This document shows positions 27,205-29,411 of a stretch of 29,411 nt of DNA, in pieces. Under the pieces are notes generated by a model that was not told where the DNA came from, searched no databases, and saw only the letters and a list, made by a program, of their open reading frames with translations. The first letter of the stretch is position 1, and every line of letters starts with the position of its first letter. The stretch is taken from NCBI GenBank assembly GCA_964555035.1, contig CAZKRK010000046.1, positions 1 to 29,411 on the forward strand. The letters are read 5' to 3'. This DNA is from an uncultured Victivallales bacterium. Its GTDB lineage: Bacteria > Verrucomicrobiota > Kiritimatiellia > UBA8416 > CAYOBW01. The translations under genes and the position numbers were made by a program.

Positions 27205-28311
27205 TTAGAGCAGGTTTACCACCCGCTCGGCCAGTCCCTTTTCACCCAACACAACGTTGAGCTTCGAGTTCTCGGCCACCTTTTCCAGAACCTCCAGTTC
27301 CTTCAGCCTCATGAGGGCGGGATTCCCGTCCATCAGTTTGGCCGTATTCACCTGGCTGCGCATCGCAGCCGTCTCTTCACGACGCGCAATCACGTTGGCC
27401 TCGGACGCTTTGCGCGCCTCGATGACCTTGTTGAGCAGCGCCTTCATGTCGCCGGGCAGGATGATGTCCTTGACGCCCAGGGCGACAACGTTCACGCCGA
27501 AGGCTGCGGCCCTCTTCCGCATTGCGGATCCGAGCTCGTCGGTCACGGCGGACTTGTCCGCCAGCAACAGGTCAAGCTCGCGCGTGCCGATGATGCCCCT
27601 GAGGGCAAGCTGCGCCTCACGGTAGAGCGCCTGGTCGACGTCAGCGACAGCCTCGACCGACTTGCGCGCGTCCGTCACGCGGTAGGTCACCACCGCGTTC
27701 AGTCGCAACGAGACCTTGTCGGCCGTCATGATCTCCTGGCCCGACACATCCAGCACCTTCTCGCGCATGTCTACGTGATAGAGCTTGACCTTGCCGACAC
27801 GCTTCCACGACGCGTACTGGCCGGGCGCGAGAGTCTTGACGTATTTCCCGTCACGGAAGTACACGCCCAGGTGACCCTCTTCGACCGTGAACGCGTTCAA
27901 CACGTCCGTAGTCACTGCCGACTTCAGGATCACGTTCAGGTCGGGGTGGTCGATCAGCACGTCACGCGCGTCGACGATGTCCGCCTTCACCTCCTTGAAC
28001 TGCGTCCAGAGCACGTAGCGACCCGAATCGAGGACGCCGTTGAACCTGCCGTCAATCCATACGAGCGCGCGCTCGTAGTCCTTCAGGTCCAACACCAGGG
28101 CGTCGTCGCCCAGGGCAGCGGACTTGACGATCACGTCGAGGTCCGCGTGTGCCAACCAGGGATCACGCTGCGACACGACGTCGACGCGCACCTTGTTGAA
28201 GGGGTCGAAGAACCAGTGACGCCCCGCGTCGAGGATCCCCTTGAACTCCCGATCCTTGAAGACCAGTCCCTTCTCGTACGTTCTAATTTTCACTTTTCCG
28301 ATGACAACCAT
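27205..28311 (-). CDS. Cytoplasmic SPFH/band-7 (slipin/flotillin-like) domain protein with three N-terminal ~45-aa repeats
   Basis: SPFH region LDVSGQEIMTADKVSLRLNAVVTYRVTD...ALYREAQLALRGIIGTRELDLLL...GVNVVALGVKDIILPGDM, followed by coiled-coil EARKASEANVIARREETAAMR. No transmembrane segment. N-terminal repeats (YEKGLVFKDREFKGILDAGRH..., YERALVWIDGRFNGVLDSGRY..., EEGHLGVYFRDGKYVKTLAPGQY...). Strong RBS AGGAGGGGGAAG before the ATG. Confidence 0.8.
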   Translation of the reverse strand: MVVIGKVKIRTYEKGLVFKDREFKGILDAGRHWFFDPFNKVRVDVVSQRDPWLAHADLDVIVKSAALGDDALVLDLKDYERALVWIDGRFNGVLDSGRYVLWTQFKEVKADIVDARDVLIDHPDLNVILKSAVTTDVLNAFTVEEGHLGVYFRDGKYVKTLAPGQYASWKRVGKVKLYHVDMREKVLDVSGQEIMTADKVSLRLNAVVTYRVTDARKSVEAVADVDQALYREAQLALRGIIGTRELDLLLADKSAVTDELGSAMRKRAAAFGVNVVALGVKDIILPGDMKALLNKVIEARKASEANVIARREETAAMRSQVNTAKLMDGNPALMRLKELEVLEKVAENSKLNVVLGEKGLAERVVNLL

Positions 28312-28361
28312 CTTCCCCCTCCTTCCTTTCTCCTATTCGTTTCCCTAACGTGGGCACGGCC

Positions 28362-28465
28362 AACAACCCAAGTGTGGCACAGGCAGAAAAATGGGTTGGC
28401 AGAAAGATGGGGATATTGAGGGTGTCGTTCCTCTGCCAGCCCATTTTTCTGCCTTTCATTTCTAT
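28362..28465. repeat. ~100-bp dyad-symmetric element, copy B, 50-150 bp upstream of the SPFH-rtcA-rtcB gene cluster start
   Basis: CAACAACCCAAGTGTGGCACAGGCAGAAAAATGGG...CCCATTTTTCTGCC; ~75% identical to 17362-17462 with the same internal 14-bp inverted repeat. Confidence 0.7.
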
Positions 28466-28885
28466 CCCGGCAACGCGCTCTCTCGTTCCTACTCTCGTTC
28501 CCCCAGTTCTCAAGAAGACCCTCCAGAGATGAACTCCATGACAATCACACTCAGGCCGCGGAGCGTCGCTTGAGCGCCGCTTGTTCCACCGTCACCGGCG
28601 GGCGGGGGATTGTCCGCCGCGGTTCCGAGGAACCGGGGACAGACCTCCATTCCGCCCGCCGGGCGGTCAAACTTCGCGGCGCGGTATCTGCGCGCTGCAA
28701 GGCGTCCGTCTTGTGCTGCCGGCGAAAGCGTCGCCCGAGCTCCCTGGCGCGTCTCGCGGGGGGACAGCCCCCCGCGCCGTGCTCGCTTGCTCGGTCAACC
28801 TCGATCGCCGGCCGATCCATCATGCGTCCATCTCCTTCGGGCATCGTTGAGGCCCTTGCAGGGCCAACCGGGTTTTCAGCCCAGG

Positions 28886-28959
28886 TGTTCGGTACGGGAA
28901 TCGAACCCGCAACACATGCATCCCAAGTGCATTGCTCTACCCAATTGAGCTAACCGATC
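28886..28959 (-). tRNA. tRNA-Pro (anticodon UGG), CCA not encoded
   Basis: Manual fold of the minus strand: acceptor GATCGGT/ACCGAAC (one A-A mismatch at 2:71), D-arm GCTC-AATTGGGTA-GAGC, anticodon stem ATGCA/TGCAT with loop CTTGGGA (U33, UGG, G37), variable loop GTGTT, T-arm GCGGG-TTCGATT-CCCGT, discriminator A. Confidence 0.8.
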
Positions 28960-29411
28960 CAACCTGCCTTCACGATCGTCGCCAGAACCCCTGCCGGTAC
29001 ACACGGGCCGGAACCTGCAGCACCAACAGCCGTACCGGGCCGGGTGCCGCGGTGGCCAACCCTGCGCCGCGGGCCGGATCGTGCCGGCGGTCGGGGTGTA
29101 CCGCAGCGGGTGTGCCAGGTTGAAAGCAAAAGTGATGACGCATACATAAGCTCTTCATGATTACGGATTAACGGTGATGGATCTTTGCGCCGCGTCGAAT
29201 CGGCATTGACTTGGGGTACGAATGGACGTATACAGACGGCGAGTAATTTCGCTGTGGGGCTATAGATGTTGGGCTAGTTAGGCGGAGGGAGTATCACTTG
29301 CCATCCCGAGGGCAGGGGTGGGAGCGCGCGATTCACGGGGCTGTATCAAAAGGTCGTGGGCCGCTTGCGAGTGTCGGCGCGTAGCGTGCTCCAACCGGTC
29401 CACGCCACTCC

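Noticed and set aside
28362-28465. Sigma-54 promoter or Y-RNA-like ncRNA interpretation of the dyad element upstream of the SPFH-rtcAB cluster
   Set aside because: No GG-N10-GC core with TGGCAC/TTGC flanks could be found on either strand, and no Ro/Rsr (TROVE) gene is present to partner a Y RNA. Left as an unexplained dyad repeat.
28886-28959. Genomic-island boundary at tRNA-Pro
   Set aside because: No integrase and no direct repeat of the tRNA 3' end detected by eye in the window; cannot be supported without a genome-wide search.
1-29411. CRISPR arrays, transposases, integrases, toxin-antitoxin pairs
   Set aside because: Searched by eye for short regularly spaced direct repeats and for DDE/tyrosine-recombinase or small paired ORFs; none found. 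Repeats present are palindromic REP-like elements, not CRISPR.

Overview
High-GC (~65-70%) bacterial chromosomal window; the sulfatases, Tat signals, Gfo/Idh/MocA enzyme and large secreted proteins suggest Planctomycetota/Verrucomicrobiota, but this is inference only. Gene content in order: a complete Tat-exported sulfatase followed by two truncated sulfatase remnants (deletion scars) around a perfect inverted-repeat element; a MacB-type ABC exporter translationally coupled to a TolC-like outer-membrane factor, with no MacA adaptor in the window; a Tat-exported Gfo/Idh/MocA oxidoreductase; a 1739-aa single polypeptide fusing a DnaQ-like 3'-5' exonuclease, a RecQ helicase core, an unknown middle region and a UvrD/PcrA helicase core; convergent to it, a SWIM-zinc-finger SNF2 helicase (923 aa) preceded by a tandem winged-helix (ArsR-like) regulator that is flanked on both sides by the same 28-32 bp perfect palindrome; a ~1 kb non-coding region with an AT-rich GATT-iteron palindrome array; a ~970-aa lipoprotein with a DUF1080/LamG-like domain; an O-antigen-ligase-like membrane protein; an AT-rich promoter island driving a PF01637+DUF234 (ATPase plus PD-(D/E)xK-like) protein; an SPFH(band-7)-rtcA-rtcB RNA-repair cluster; and tRNA-Pro(UGG). 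Several families of REP/REPIN-like palindromic elements recur in intergenic regions. No CRISPR array, integrase or transposase was seen. The best candidate for a previously undescribed system is the helicase module: the Exo-RecQ-UvrD mega-helicase, the convergent SWIM-SNF2 helicase, and the dedicated regulator with twin operators. Its function (defence versus genome maintenance) cannot be decided from sequence alone.
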